From NCBI GenBank assembly GCA_965203295.1, contig CBDBCZ010000010.1, forward strand, positions 32,001-96,000: a stretch of DNA of 64,000 nt, given 5' to 3'. The translations under genes and the position numbers were made by a program. How positions within the stretch are numbered: the stretch's first letter is position 1; every line of letters begins with the position of its first letter. The notes under the pieces were generated by a model, which had not been told where the DNA came from, searched no databases, and saw nothing but the letters and a program-made list of their open reading frames with translations. The DNA is from Nitrospirales bacterium (lineage in GTDB: Bacteria > Nitrospirota > Nitrospiria > Nitrospirales > UBA8639). This document shows positions 38,491 to 51,035 of the stretch, piece after piece.

Positions 38491-38872
38491 TATGGTCACT
38501 GGTACAGGATAAACCCACATACCCATGAATTAAGCCCATCATGTCAAACAGGTGTACACACACATACACCCTTGCACACTATGTATCCACACGCATACTA
38601 CCTAAAGGTGAATTTATAACAGTTGTTGATCTTTCGTATACACAAAATAAACACGTAAACATGCTATATATTTACACTTGTCACCATATTACATGATCTA
38701 TTTTGTCCTTCAAATAATTTTTCTCCAAAAATCTTGAACTGACAATACACGACGATGCATTTCATGTTTCAAATCACTCACTTCTTTTTGACATCTCTCC
38801 GCAAGAGTTCAATAAGACTGACATTCTCTAATGGCCTTGTGTCGTGTGTGCACACATTCCTCTAATTCAGCT

Positions 38873-41300
38873 TTACAGTTGGCTGGTTCTCGCTCTCTTT
38901 GCACAGTTAATTTCTATTCCTTGTGTATGTACGTGCATGGGAATTTGCTTTAGAGCTTGCATAGAAAAGAAAAGATGTGTGCCGTCTGCTGCAAAGTCTT
39001 TTTGTACGTTTATGTAGCGGTCATCTGATTCTGTTCCCCCAGGCTTAGTATTTGGTGAAAACCACTGTGACAGTTCGTCTTCCACAGCAAGATCAGACAC
39101 TTCGCTTTTTTCTGGTTCGGATGAACTCTTCAGTTCCGTTTCCATCTCATACAATTCAGCTCTCTTTTGCCATCGCAACTGGTCAGATTTAGCCCAGGCA
39201 ATAGCTTTTTTTTTATTTCTGTATCTTTTCCTCATTACTAACAGCACTTAATGACCTGTTTTGTTCTCACCACCTGTGTAGTTCAGAAAATTATATTGCA
39301 GTACTATACTATATATAGCAAAAATAACACTCCTACACATAATATATACCTTACTGGAACCCTTCAATGGCTCTGGACTAAACTTCAGCACTCTTTTGGC
39401 AGTCGTACATGTACTGACTTTCTCTGCTGCATGCAACTGTGGGCAGTTGGATAGTTGCTGCACTTCAGGAACATAGTCTGTTGATTTGTATGTAGTAGAG
39501 CAGGAATAAGTGCCTGTATACAGCAGAAAAGTACATAGGTTTATTAAGCTGATGGTTAAATGCTACAAAACTAACCAGTATTTCGGCATCTGAAGGATCC
39601 CAGTCTCTCTGAATCCAATATTCAGTATCCATTTTGCAATTTGGAAAATCACTTACATCACGCCATACGGGAGCGTGACAGCCAGTATGACACAGCCTTG
39701 TAACAGGCCGTGGTCTGCACAACCGTTAACAGGTCGTAGACCATGCCTCGTGACAACCTGTAGGGTTAGACAACCTGTTACAGTTCCGTATACAGTCAGT
39801 TAACTTCATCATGTCCTTATATCCACCTAAATCATATCTCCTACTGTGAACGTCTGGAGGGTAAGGCTGGGGAGCTATCTTGTGTACAGCCAGCTTGCAT
39901 GATGTTGTGACTGCCCCCTCCATGATGCATCCCCCCAGCCTTGTCACATTGGATGCCTGGCACTTATATATAACTGTGCCCCCAATAGAGAATTTTTTTT
40001 GGGCCATTTGCTAGTTTTATTTTGCCATTTGCTAGTTTTATTCTAGTAATACATAGGCAAATATTTCATTTGTAGCTACTTATTTAGTGTTAGTTTATTT
40101 TTTTAATCTCAGACGTGTGTTGGGGGGGGGGGGAAGGTGGGAGCAAAAAGTCGAGTCTGTCAGGCTTGAGGTTGTGCCAGCCTGCCAATTTCAAGTGGCA
40201 CGTGCATCCCATGTGCATGCTATTCTCCACTCCCGTTTCCACTTTCTTCAGTTAACTTGCCTTAACTATTGTTAAAACTTATTTAACAGGTCGTTGGTCC
40301 ATACGGGGGCGGTAGACGCATGCGCAGCTCATATACATGTAAACTGCTTGGATGCACACTCCTACGTAGCTGTACTGTTTTGCAACAGCAGGAATACACG
40401 AAATATTTGTGAATGTTTCCTCTATTTACTCAGCTATATGGTGTTCACTTTTGATATATTATATCTTCGTGTATCCGTTCCAGATTCATTGTTGGTTGGA
40501 CAATTACTCAGTCCAGACGTAGCGGGCCTTGAGCGCTGGCTTGAACTCTGAACCTCACCATCCAAGATGAGTAGTCACTGCTCTTCTGTTCAACCACGTG
40601 GGCCATACAGTTTGGGACCACAGCTTTGCACATTCAGTTGCCTTATCTGGATGCTCCCTGATGTACTTGTGCTATTATAGGGATGTAATACAATAACTAC
40701 AATACTTTTCCGTTTATGTAAAGCAGGTGAAGTACTAACCCACCACAAGAGCAAAATGCTTCATGTACTGTGCTTCAACACGAAAATCTAATGGAGCTCT
40801 CATGGCTTTCATGATGCATTTTGTGAAAGGCTATAAAGGCAAGCCTTTGTGACTCTCATAGGGGTTGATCCCAAGAAGCTGAGTATATGCAGGAACATGC
40901 TGATCGAAAGTAATTTACAACCATGAAATCAGTACAGTGTACCTTCCTCCGTTCATCAACCCTGAAGTCTGTGATCCGCTTCCGCAAGTACTGACATGCC
41001 TGAAGAAACAGCTGCGGATCATCAGCTTTGTCCTCCAGAACACGAGTTATTATTTTCTGTAAAGTGTTTGCATGAGTTTTTTTTTGGCATTTATGGTTGT
41101 CATCATTGTATTATATAGTAACCTTCAGTGTGTCATCGGACACCTGTCATTTGATGGATAGACAGTAGGCTTTTGCAGCTTTCCTGTTTAGTTCTTCCTA
41201 CATATTTAAATAGTACAAGCAATTGTAAATGAAATTCACCATCAGGGCCGGTCCTAAAACCCCATGGAATAGCAGTGCATTCTAAACAATATAGTACATC
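38873..41300 (-). pseudogene. Decayed multi-exon gene of unknown function, probably TE-borne
   Basis: Coding-like minus-strand segments bounded by GT-AG (LGINPYESHKGLPL, APLDFRVEAQYMKHFALV, CGPKLYGPRG, LGGCIMEGAVTTSCKLAVHK); stops present. Confidence 0.4.
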
Positions 41301-41722
41301 ACGTGGTACCTTATTGGGCCGATCCAACCCCCCCTTTTAACCATCCTCAGAATCATTGTTTGCTTTGCTTTCATTCGCGTAAGCTGTTGTTTGATCTTCA
41401 GCTCTTCTTGGATACTGGCACAAAGGCTTACTGGCACTGCAGTAGCTCCGTGGTTGGTGGATTCTTCCTTATATTCTATTATGATTGCATGAGCAAACTA
41501 TCTCATGTACATATACTTTATTATTATTATTATTATATATTGTAAACATACCAATAAATGTACAACATAAGAATATTAAATAAATTAATGAACTTAACAC
41601 ATAAATTAACTGAATGATGTCACAAAATCAGGTCTCGAAACTGAATTTCTTTGATACTACCAGGGGCTGAGCCATCGATAATCCTAACATTGGCTTTTGC
41701 TGTTGTGTAGTAATAGTAGCAG

Positions 41723-42565
41723 TCATAAGATAGCCTTGACACAATAGGAGCACTCCTCAACGATGCCAGAATGCAACTCATTATTAGCCTTGATCTTAAC
41801 CCTCAAGCCTGGCTTGACCCTGTCTGACCACTGAGACTTCATACATTCCTTAACCATCTCAGCTGCAGCCAATTCATCACACTTAACAAAGTCTTCATGA
41901 TGTTGGATCACTCCATGAACATCCTCAGGAATGTGTAGCAGCAATTGGCCTGACTCGATGCTTCCCTCAGTACAATGTTCTACAGGTTGACCCGTAGCAA
42001 CTGAACTATCAACTGACTCTACATGTGATCTCTGATGCTCCCTACTCCTTGTGCGGTTGGCAATGGGACTTACAGTAGAAGGCGGTTCGGATTGAACTTG
42101 CCCCTTGGCAGAAGCAGCTAGAGCAGCAGGAGCAGAAGCATTGCAAGCACGAGAATTGTCACCACTTAGGGAAGACTGAGAAGAAGAATTACTTTCAACA
42201 GTATTGGGCTCAGCAGTGACAGGAACTAAAGGTTTTGCCTTAGCTAGCAAGGCAACAAGCTGATCTGTCAAAGTGGCAGTTTCAACGCGGGCAGTAGAAG
42301 TATCAGGAGTTGATGGATGACATGGTTTACTCTTTTTGGCAAGAAATGTGTTCATCCTTTGCCTGCTTCGGTACTTTCTTCCAAAGGAGACAGAAGGGGC
42401 ATTAAATGGAGAAGTCTCCACAGCCTTGCTCTTCCAAAACAGCTTGAGACTATAGCCGTTCTGGTGTTTAGAAAAACTCCAAACGGGTTGCTGACACTGT
42501 AGGCTGTCAACAGTTGACAACATAGCAACAACATCATCTGGAATTCCAAGAGTACTGCGAGACAT
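41723..42565 (-). CDS. Hypothetical 280-aa protein (folded-looking N-terminus, S/P/A-rich linker, possible Tudor/SH3-like tail)
   Basis: Long uninterrupted frame; the annotated first codon is not ATG-verified beyond the ORF track; no family recognised. Confidence 0.4.
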   Translation of the reverse strand: MSRSTLGIPDDVVAMLSTVDSLQCQQPVWSFSKHQNGYSLKLFWKSKAVETSPFNAPSVSFGRKYRSRQRMNTFLAKKSKPCHPSTPDTSTARVETATLTDQLVALLAKAKPLVPVTAEPNTVESNSSSQSSLSGDNSRACNASAPAALAASAKGQVQSEPPSTVSPIANRTRSREHQRSHVESVDSSVATGQPVEHCTEGSIESGQLLLHIPEDVHGVIQHHEDFVKCDELAAAEMVKECMKSQWSDRVKPGLRVKIKANNELHSGIVEECSYCVKAIL

Positions 42566-43589
42566 CTCAACAGGCTACACTCCTACACTCCTTCCAAATG
42601 TAACCCTGTAATGCCTGTAATATTACCTTGATAGCCTTTTGTAGCTGTACAGTCATGTGAGTGGCTGTGCATACAGTGTTATTACGTGTATGCGTCACTG
42701 TCCCCAGGCTGGTATTCACAGACAATGGTTTGCCCACCAGCTTGAGGGGAGTGCTTTTGAAACCAATTGGACGGGCTGTAGGTTTTGTTGGGTGCTTTAG
42801 CCCACCTTCTGGAGCATGGCTGGGTGTCCCTGATCATGAGAGTATATGTCTTAATGACTACTGTACACAGCCTTATTAATCTAGTACCTTTGCCTCTGCT
42901 AGAAGGGAGCTGATCTGGCGTGTCCACAAGCCTGAGTACTTCCCCATGGAAGCGAGTCATGTTGCAAGCTATGGAGCAATTAAATATAATCTGCATTTCC
43001 ACTCAGTAGCTCCTACACCAGACCTCGAGCTCGTTTAATCACCAATGACTGGTACCGGTTGTTCTTGGGCGGCGCGTACGGCGTCGCCCACTAACGCTAA
43101 CGGCCAACAACCTGACATCCTGATTTCTGATTGTGAGGCCCCCAGTACAGAGCCAGATCCCACTGCAGACCTGGCGGGAGTGCTCAGACAGGCCGCAGCC
43201 GCCGGCGATTTGGATGGCTCCATGCTAGCGATGTAAGTTCCTATACACTGGTGCCTTTCTTCTTGATTCTCTGTAATACATCCATGCACATGCACGCATG
43301 TAACGTGCTCCTGCAGCGCTCTATAGCCTAGCTACATAGCTTAGCATTTTCAATGCTTAATGTCATCATTCCTCTTGCATCTACACATTTAGGCCCCACA
43401 CATTTTTGTGGAGAATGCTGTTCTCCAACTGGGGGGCACCAAGGAGCCCAGTGAGCTCGTGGAGCCAGCTGCTGATGACGATTCTGGCCAGCCAACTCCA
43501 AGTCAAGAGTAACATGTCCATCGTGCTAGCAAAAAAAAAAGATATAATTGTTACATTCTCACTGATTACCTCTGAACACATTATCAGTT

Positions 43590-43982
43590 ATGTTCAAAAT
43601 TCTTTTCGATCACTCACGTTCAGAATGCTTTTTGATCACTGTCACTTCAGAATTCTTTAGGCTGCGTGTGTCACAGATGCTGTGACAAAAAAACGTGTAC
43701 TTTCGTATACTTTATATGAAAACGCTTAATATAAAAATGCCATATAAATTCATAAACAAGTGGAAATACAGCAGTCAAAGGTTAATCACTGTCACGTTCA
43801 GAATTCTTTTTGATCACTCACGTTCAGAATTATTTTTGATCACTCACATTCAGAATTCTTTTTGCGTTCAGAATTCTTTTTGATCACTCACGTTCAGAAT
43901 TCTTTTTGCATTCAGAATTCTTTTTGATCACTCACGTTCAGAATTCTTTTTGATCACTGTCACGTTCAGAATTCTTTTTGAT
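43590..43982. repeat. ~26-bp tandem repeat, interrupted at about 43660-43785
   Basis: CACTCACGTTCAGAATTCTTTTTGAT and shorter variants. Confidence 0.88.
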
Positions 43983-44444
43983 TACAAAATCTGATCATAA
44001 TTATAATATAGGTTGCATGGGATGGAGGTGGAATCAAATCTTATAAGAAGGAAGATAAAAAATAAGGGGAAGATCTGTATCAACCTTGTCAACAAAAGGG
44101 GGGATCTGTATCAACCTTGTCACCAAATAGAGCTAATATAGGTTTCATGGGGTGGAGGTGGAATCAAATCTTGGGGTGGTATGATAGACATTAGCAAATG
44201 ATTCATGCAGTTTCTCTTCAAAGCCATGTCTGCATAAGCATACCAGGTGTACTGATACCACGTCTCTTTTTCTCTGATCTCACACTCTAGGAGTGAAGAC
44301 TACAAACCAAGGTGAAACCTGGTACATACATATTTACCTTTTCTCTTATCACCTCAAAATAAAGGTCAAACTCCCAATTCTTCTCTCCAGGAGGTTAAAC
44401 ACGGTCATGTCACAGCCTATGTGATTATGGAGTTGTTTGCTTTA

Positions 44445-45118
44445 TGTCTACAAGTACTTGCACTTTTTCAACTCGCTCACTCTGTACGGATAGAACTATA
44501 AAGTGTCACCTTCATGTGATTTCCATTGAACTTTTTCATATTCTGCCATTAGCAGCGCTGCTTTTGACTGCAGCTCCACATTCAGACCTCAGTGTTAAAA
44601 ATTGACCTTGTCACAGAGGGGGTTAAGTGTATAGTATGTATGCACACTACAATTCTTTTAGAAGCCAAAGCAGTTATATTAGATAATGTTTAGAACCATG
44701 TGGAGGCAGTAGCTCAAAGGTTAGACAGCAAACAATTACAGGTAGCTAAGACCAAAGCCTAGCTCTTCACAGCCAAGTATGGAGGCGAATGGAACTGACT
44801 GCATTTAATGCACAACATCCTAGTTTGTCTAGCGTAGCAGTTACAGCGGTGCATGGTTTACACTAACAGGACTATACAGCCACTAACCTTTGTGATAGAG
44901 CGTGCTCGAAGTGCTCATTTGAGGCATACTGTCGGCTGTCAGGGCATCCCAACGCATGCAGCGGTCGAAGTCGTCCTAACGCATGCAGTGGTCAAAGTAT
45001 TAAATAATAATAGTAATTAGCTAAGTACACGTAATCGCATCAGTCTTTTCGCGCAATTGAGGGTCATAAGTAAACGTCACATCCGTTACACACACACACA
45101 CACACAGACAGACGCACA
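44445..45118 (-). repeat. Dispersed repeat copy 2 (inverse of 33880-34590)
   Basis: For example TAGTTTGTCTAGCG...CAGGACTATACAG.CACTAACCTTTG is the reverse complement of about 34060-34130. Confidence 0.65.
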
Positions 45119-45136
45119 CTATTTGTAAACTTAATT

Positions 45137-45221
45137 GGGTTAGGGTTAGGGTTATGGCTAGGGAAAAGGTTAGGGTAAAGGTTAGCATTAGGGTAAGGGT
45201 TACGGTTAGAGTTAGAGTTAC
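45137..45221 (+). repeat. Degenerate (TTAGGG)n-like tract
   Basis: GGGTTAGGGTTAGGGTTATGGCTAGGG...GGTTAGAGTTAGAGTTAC. Confidence 0.75.
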
Positions 45222-45871
45222 GATGTGATGTGTGTGTGGATAACTTGGTTGCAAAACTAAATATTCTGCTGTCATACTCCCCACTATCCAATTCTTCTCC
45301 AAGGGCTACAAAATAATATCTGGACATCGAAGGCCTGTATTCAAGGTGAACGTTCATCTATAAGATGAATGCACCTGTGCCCCAGGAGTGTTAATTCACA
45401 CACACACACACACACACACAGTTGCTACCTACTTCAGGAGGAAGAATAGTAACACACTATATCATATATTCCGCATTCCATTCAAGTTCCTCACACAAGC
45501 CCCAGTATAGTAAGTATGAGTCAACCACAAATCGTACGTAGTTTTAGAAAGGCATGTAGATGCCATGATATTTAATAGATTTGGTAGCTTAGCCAACTAC
45601 CCTAAATGTAAGTTCAAACCAACTCCCATTTTCATGCATTAATAATATCATCTTGGTAATTTTTTTCTAGGTGCCATATTGTGACACATATCGAAGATTT
45701 ATGTACTTTTATTATATACTGCAAAGAGTACTAACAGTATTTTCCTATAGACCAGACCGGTAATATTCCCCCGTATTGCCTACCCGTTATTGCCTTTTGC
45801 GTGGGCAGGATGTTGTACGCATGCGCATAAGCTTCGTCGCTATGCCAATATTTTTAGTGTGCGCGAGTGTC

Positions 45872-47209
45872 ATGGCAGTTGCTGAGTGTACCGCTGGAGT
45901 CGAAGATGACCCTTTCGCTAATTTTGGCATGGAAGAGTGGCTTGAAGAATGCCCAAATGAGCAAACTCTAGGCGAGCTTTGCGACGCAGAAGTAGAGCAG
46001 TTTATTCAAGACGGCAGGGCTTCCAACACCGTGAAAAAAACGAAGAGCGACTTGAAGGTGTGGTATAGATGGTGCGAAAGCGTCAGTGAAAAGCGTAAAC
46101 TGGAAGCAGTCCCAACTGAAGAACTAAACAGACTGCTTATGCACTTCTTTCACAAAATAAAAAAGCGCAATGGACAAGACTATGAACCTGAAACGCTTAC
46201 CAGCTACGAACGTAGCTTTGACCGACACCTTGGAAACATGGGACAGCAGCGGAGTATAATCGCAGACCGAGAGTTTTCTGGAGCACGAGAGGCACTGAAA
46301 GTACGGAGAAAGCAATTGAGGCTGAGTGGGAAAGGTTGTAGGTGAAATGCAGCCGAGCCACTTACCTTTCTTGAAGAGCAAAAGCTATGGGAGACTAAAC
46401 AACTAGGACAGCACTCACCTCGAGCACTTCAGCATACAGTGTGGTTCTATAACACCATGCACTTTGGATGGAGAGGCTGGGATGAGCATCGGCGAGCGTG
46501 CTATGGGGATTTTGTTTTGGGAACAAATGAAGAACAAGAGTATGTGGAGTTTTGTATCGAAAGGGGAACAAAGACGCGAACTGGTGGTGACAGTGGAGAG
46601 ACCCTGCGTGCTTTCAATCCAAGGATGTATGCCACAGGAACAGACAAATGTCCTGTATCCGTCTTCAGGAAATTCCTCGAGAAGAGACCACCACATGCAT
46701 GCAACCCAGATTCACCCCTGTATTTAACTGTCGCAAATGTTGTCACTAGTGACGTTTGGTATAAAAATCAACCACTTGGAAAAGAAACCCTTGGAAAGTT
46801 CATGAAAACAATGGCAGATGGTGCAGGTCTGGAAGGGCGCAAGACTAATCACAGTGCGAGAAAAACTATGATCTGTCGCCTTGTGGATAAGAATGTCAAT
46901 CCTCTGCATATTGCCCAACTGAGTGGCCATAAAAACCTCAAAAGTCTAGACTCCTACTCCAAAGCATCAGAAGTGCAGCAGAAAGCAATGTCCCATATTC
47001 TGAGTGGAAGCAAGTCAGTGTGTAGAGACCTTACCAATGTGGACTTCCAGACACGAAGTACAACCGATTTGTCCTCGGCTGTTGCAGCAGGCATCTCATG
47101 CATTCAGCAATCTTTGCCAACACCTACTGCCCCAGGGTCAATTCTACCTGGATTAACGATACATGGAGAAACAGTGAACTTTTACTTCAACCAGCTATCT
47201 GCATCTTAG
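45872..47209 (+). pseudogene. Crypton-type tyrosine recombinase with one in-frame stop (TGA 46343-46345)
   Basis: Two same-frame ORFs; NTVKKTKSDL..KKRNGQDYEPETL, GWRGWDEH, TKTRTG, CPV, NHSARK, SGHKN, LDSY. Confidence 0.88.
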
Positions 47210-47391
47210 AACACAGCTACTGTTACTTGCCAACCAAAGAAGCGTAGAGTCATGGTTTTTAGTGACGATGAAGACTAACGAAAGTGGTGTACATGTAGCA
47301 CTATATACTACAACTGATATTCTTATGTTTATGTAATGTGATAATTGTATATTGTATACTGCTTTGTCGCCAATAAGGATTATAATAAATC

Positions 47392-47529
47392 TATCATTAC
47401 ACTCGGGAGAGGGTAATATTGCTAGGCATTGCACTCTTGTGTAGTATTTTCCCTCACCTTCGGCTCGGGAAAATACCTACACACTCGTGCAATACCTAGC
47501 CATATTACCCTCTCACTCATGTAATAATA
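47392..47529 (-). repeat. 138-nt imperfect palindrome (hairpin) at the end of tyrosine-recombinase element 2
   Basis: GAGAGGGTAATAT / ATATTACCCTCTC and TATTTTCCC / GGGAAAATA arms; the minus-strand apex reads GAGCC-GAA-GGTGAG. Confidence 0.93.
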
Positions 47530-47549
47530 TTAATATATATATGTATTAA

Positions 47550-49063
47550 CCCTTTACCGACCAATGACGACTATAGTCGTCATTATGTAATACCCCCTTC
47601 CCGACCAATGACGACTATAGTCGTCATAAGCTTAGAAACGCTTTGCGATCGGCAAAAGTGCACTGTAGGGAGATCCCCTTTGGAAGTGACGACATCATCA
47701 CAAGCAAGGGCTTTCATTTCAACCGTATTTTGCAGGGGCTTCCCCAGTGAAATCGCGAGATAATATATTATACAATGAACAACATCGGCTATGTAAGTAC
47801 AATGACAGTTGGACGCCTCAAGGAGGCTCTAAGAACAGCAAACTTTATCCTAAATCTTTGCAGTGGAGCTAGTACTGCTGGTGCATCCTTCATGGCCATC
47901 TGTGTTGGTAAGATCTGTGTGTAACTGCCGGTGATATCGGCCGTCCGACACTATCATCATGAAATTTTTGTTATTTTCAGGGCATGTACAGCTATCTGGA
48001 TGATTGGGTGTGGCTGGAAGGAGAGAGAAAGTAGCTGAGACAACTGCAGAGCAGTGGAGAGTAGCTACATTACTTCACCAGATGTATGGGAGCAGCCAGG
48101 ACCATGCAATTCCAGTGAAACCTCACTGATCGATCCTCGTACCCGGGAGGCACGGCAAATACTGGACCCCTGTAGTGATATCAGCTTGTGATACACCATT
48201 GCAGATATTGTTTATGAACTGATATGTGAATTTGCATAGCTATTTGGCTAACGACGCCAAAATGAAGCTCAAGGAGTCTTCTCTCTCAATCTGCGCAGTT
48301 TTCGGCACAAACCTTGCTCCTTTCTTTAGCTAGAGATCGAGAAACGCTATGCGCTCCCGTACTTGTGCACAAATTAAATTCCTGTGGTAATTACCGTAAC
48401 GTAATGCATTAACCCTTTAAACCCTGTAGACGTCTACACACGTCATAAATATTGAACGTTTACATTACCGTAGACGCGTGTACACGTCACTGAATATGAT
48501 CGAGACTCTACCGGAAAGTGACGCTCCAGGGAGATCCCCACTGTGGTTAGTGACGCTCCAGCGGACAGATTCTTTCATTTTAGCACTATTTTCAGGGACT
48601 TACCCAGGCAGATCACGAGAAAATCCGCAATGAATAACATCTGTTCACGAACCGATAAAATATAGAGCAGAATTCTAGGCTATTGTACAGCAGTAGCAGT
48701 TCGAAAATATGGCTAGCAGTCACCTACAATACCGCTACAAGTTTATGGACGTCTTGTCCTTCAGGGCGTCATTCGCGAAGTGGCGATGATATTTAATTAT
48801 TGTTCGGTATCGAAAATCCGCTGCCGCTTGGCACTTTCCTTCCGACAATCATGCTTGAATCCGACATCAAATGAAAGCTTGGGAGCTCTTCTCTTCAGTT
48901 CTGCTGAGAGTTTAGTCCAAGTCATCTCCCGTCTTTTATTACAAAGCCATAAACCGAACATACTACCGTCCTCGTGCCGTAATTAAATTATTCTGGTAAT
49001 TGACTGACGTAATGCGCATGCGCAATACGGGATATAAAGGGTTAACGGAACGGTCGATAAAGA
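47550..49063. mobile_element. piggyBac-type MITE A (right end degenerate), containing MITE B
   Basis: TTAA|CCCTTTACCGACC; duplicated palindrome ATGACGACTATAGTCGTCAT; right end GGTCGATAAGAG|TTCA. Confidence 0.7.
48413..49041. mobile_element. piggyBac-type MITE B nested in MITE A
   Basis: TTAA 48409-48412 and 49042-49045; CCCTTTAAACCC / GGGATATAAAGGG ends; internal motifs shared with MITE A. Confidence 0.82.
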
Positions 49064-50031
49064 GTTCATCAGGTTGCAGGTGTGGTCATTAAATCGGTTA
49101 AGGTGCTTAAATCTACATCTTTGTTCCGAGAAAGTTTAAACCTTGAATGTAACAAGTAGTCAGGCCAAGGTATCTTTGAATGTTAGAAATGTTTTCCTCA
49201 ATCAATCAACACCAGGGATAATGACCAAAGTTCACGTTTTGAGTGGGTTATCGTTTAAGGTAGTATCTTTTGAATTTATTGTCCGAGCACTCTCAATTTT
49301 TTTTACAAAACTATTAAAGAGTTGATACAAATATACCACTATTCAAACAATTCATGAGTTTTACTGTTCTGTCAGAAATTTTTTTTTTCGTCTGCGCAGG
49401 CATTTTTAGCCATTTTGATTGCGTATTTTGACGTTTTTCACTCATCATATGACTTATGATGACGATTGCGCAAACCCCACCTACAGTAGCGACATGGACA
49501 CGCTACTTGTGTCCAGTGAAGCTACGGCTAGAGAGACGCAAAACTAGCTTACAGAAGGCCTGTACAGCTGAACGCAAACAATTTTCCGTGGATAGTTTTT
49601 CTCCCCCACCCCGTCACTCGTGTGTTTATCGCAAGAGCAGCGATGCGTTCGTTATCGGCCCTGCTGCTGTGGCGGTCTCTCCGTGTAACAGAGTAGGTTC
49701 GTAACAGTATCGGGTGTTCCATCGATATTGTTCATGAGCAATAGACTGTAGCTTGGTGTAAACTGCGCGAGTATCGAGTTTAGTAAGAAAAAGTCTCTAT
49801 GGTTACGGCATTTCTGTGACACAAAAAATCCGTGACGTCAAATAAACATGGCCGCTAAGTACGGCAGTCTATGGAAGACTTAGCGAAAAAGTACTTTAGT
49901 GTCAGTCCACAGCCTTATTTATCAAGTAGCTAGGCTTATGAACAGTTATCATAAGTATCTACAGTCATTTTTTAAAGTAAAATTAACAGAAACTGCCTGC
50001 AGAGAAAATCTACTCTTTAGATTCTGAGCGC

Positions 50032-50062
<31 letters not shown>

Positions 50063-50369
50063 CTTCGATGTCCAGTATGCACTGAAACAAAAGCCTTCTA
50101 GTTGTAAGCTGGATCTCTTTAATTACCGTATTACGCGTCGTTTTACGTCACTTAATTACCATTACCACAAAAATTTAATTAGGCTACAAGCGTGGCTGTA
50201 CGAACCGTTGTCAGTTTTGTACGGAGAAAAGGGAGTTTTGAACTGACCTTTTTACAGAACTGAAGGGAGCAGCTCTCAAGCTTCGATTTGATGTCTGATT
50301 CAAGCGTGGTTGGACTGTCGGAAAGTCGAAAGTAGCAGGAGTCTTCTCGATACCGAACGATATTATTAA

Positions 50370-50405
50370 CCCTTTGGCTTCCGAGAGCGCCAAATGGCGC
50401 TCTTA
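50370..50405. mobile_element. Left end of another TTAA MITE; right end not found
   Basis: TTAA|CCCTTTGGCTTCC followed by the palindrome GAGAGCGCCAAATGGCGCTCT. Confidence 0.45.
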
Positions 50406-51035
50406 AAATGCCTTGTCTTATCAGCCACGTAGTGCCGCGTAGAACGCAGCAGCCCCAACGATCATATCCTGTTTACTTTGCGCATGTATTGACCTCTGTA
50501 CTGATACATATTTAATCAATATTCATAGCTTCCTGTACAGATATAACAACCACAAAAATGTTGCTCTCGTGCGCTATTGCGCTAGTCCGTGTGGTAACTT
50601 GTCTGGTCGGTGGTAACTTGTCTGGTCGGTGCTGCCTTCTGGTCTTCTCAGTTTCTGTAGGTTCTCTATGTCTGTAACCCGTCTGTGCATCTCCAGAGCC
50701 TATTCTATACTGTAGCTACTGCCTATCAGTCATCATACTCGGTGCTTTAGCGAACTATCCTGCTCAGCCAAAAAATTGTATCAAGAAGTTTGCCGCGAAA
50801 ACGATCATTTCTCACATTTCATTAATTGCTCTCACCTTTGGTACGTGCTAATCAAAATCTTGTGCACGCTTGTACTTGTTCAGTAAATTAATCCTACTTC
50901 CTGTCATCACATTACGTCATGCATCAACTGCTGTCACTTGTACTAGTAGCTGTACCATCATTGCTATCACTCGCCCTATAAAACTCAGCTCAGCTATGGA
51001 GTTGTATAGTATTTTGAAAGTTAGATTTCGAGATT

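Larger units (their letters stand above)
45708..47529 (+). mobile_element. Crypton-type tyrosine-recombinase element 2; ends approximate
   Basis: YR gene, inverted TTTATTATA (45708-45716) / TATAATAAA (47381-47389), terminal hairpin 47392-47529. Confidence 0.65.
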
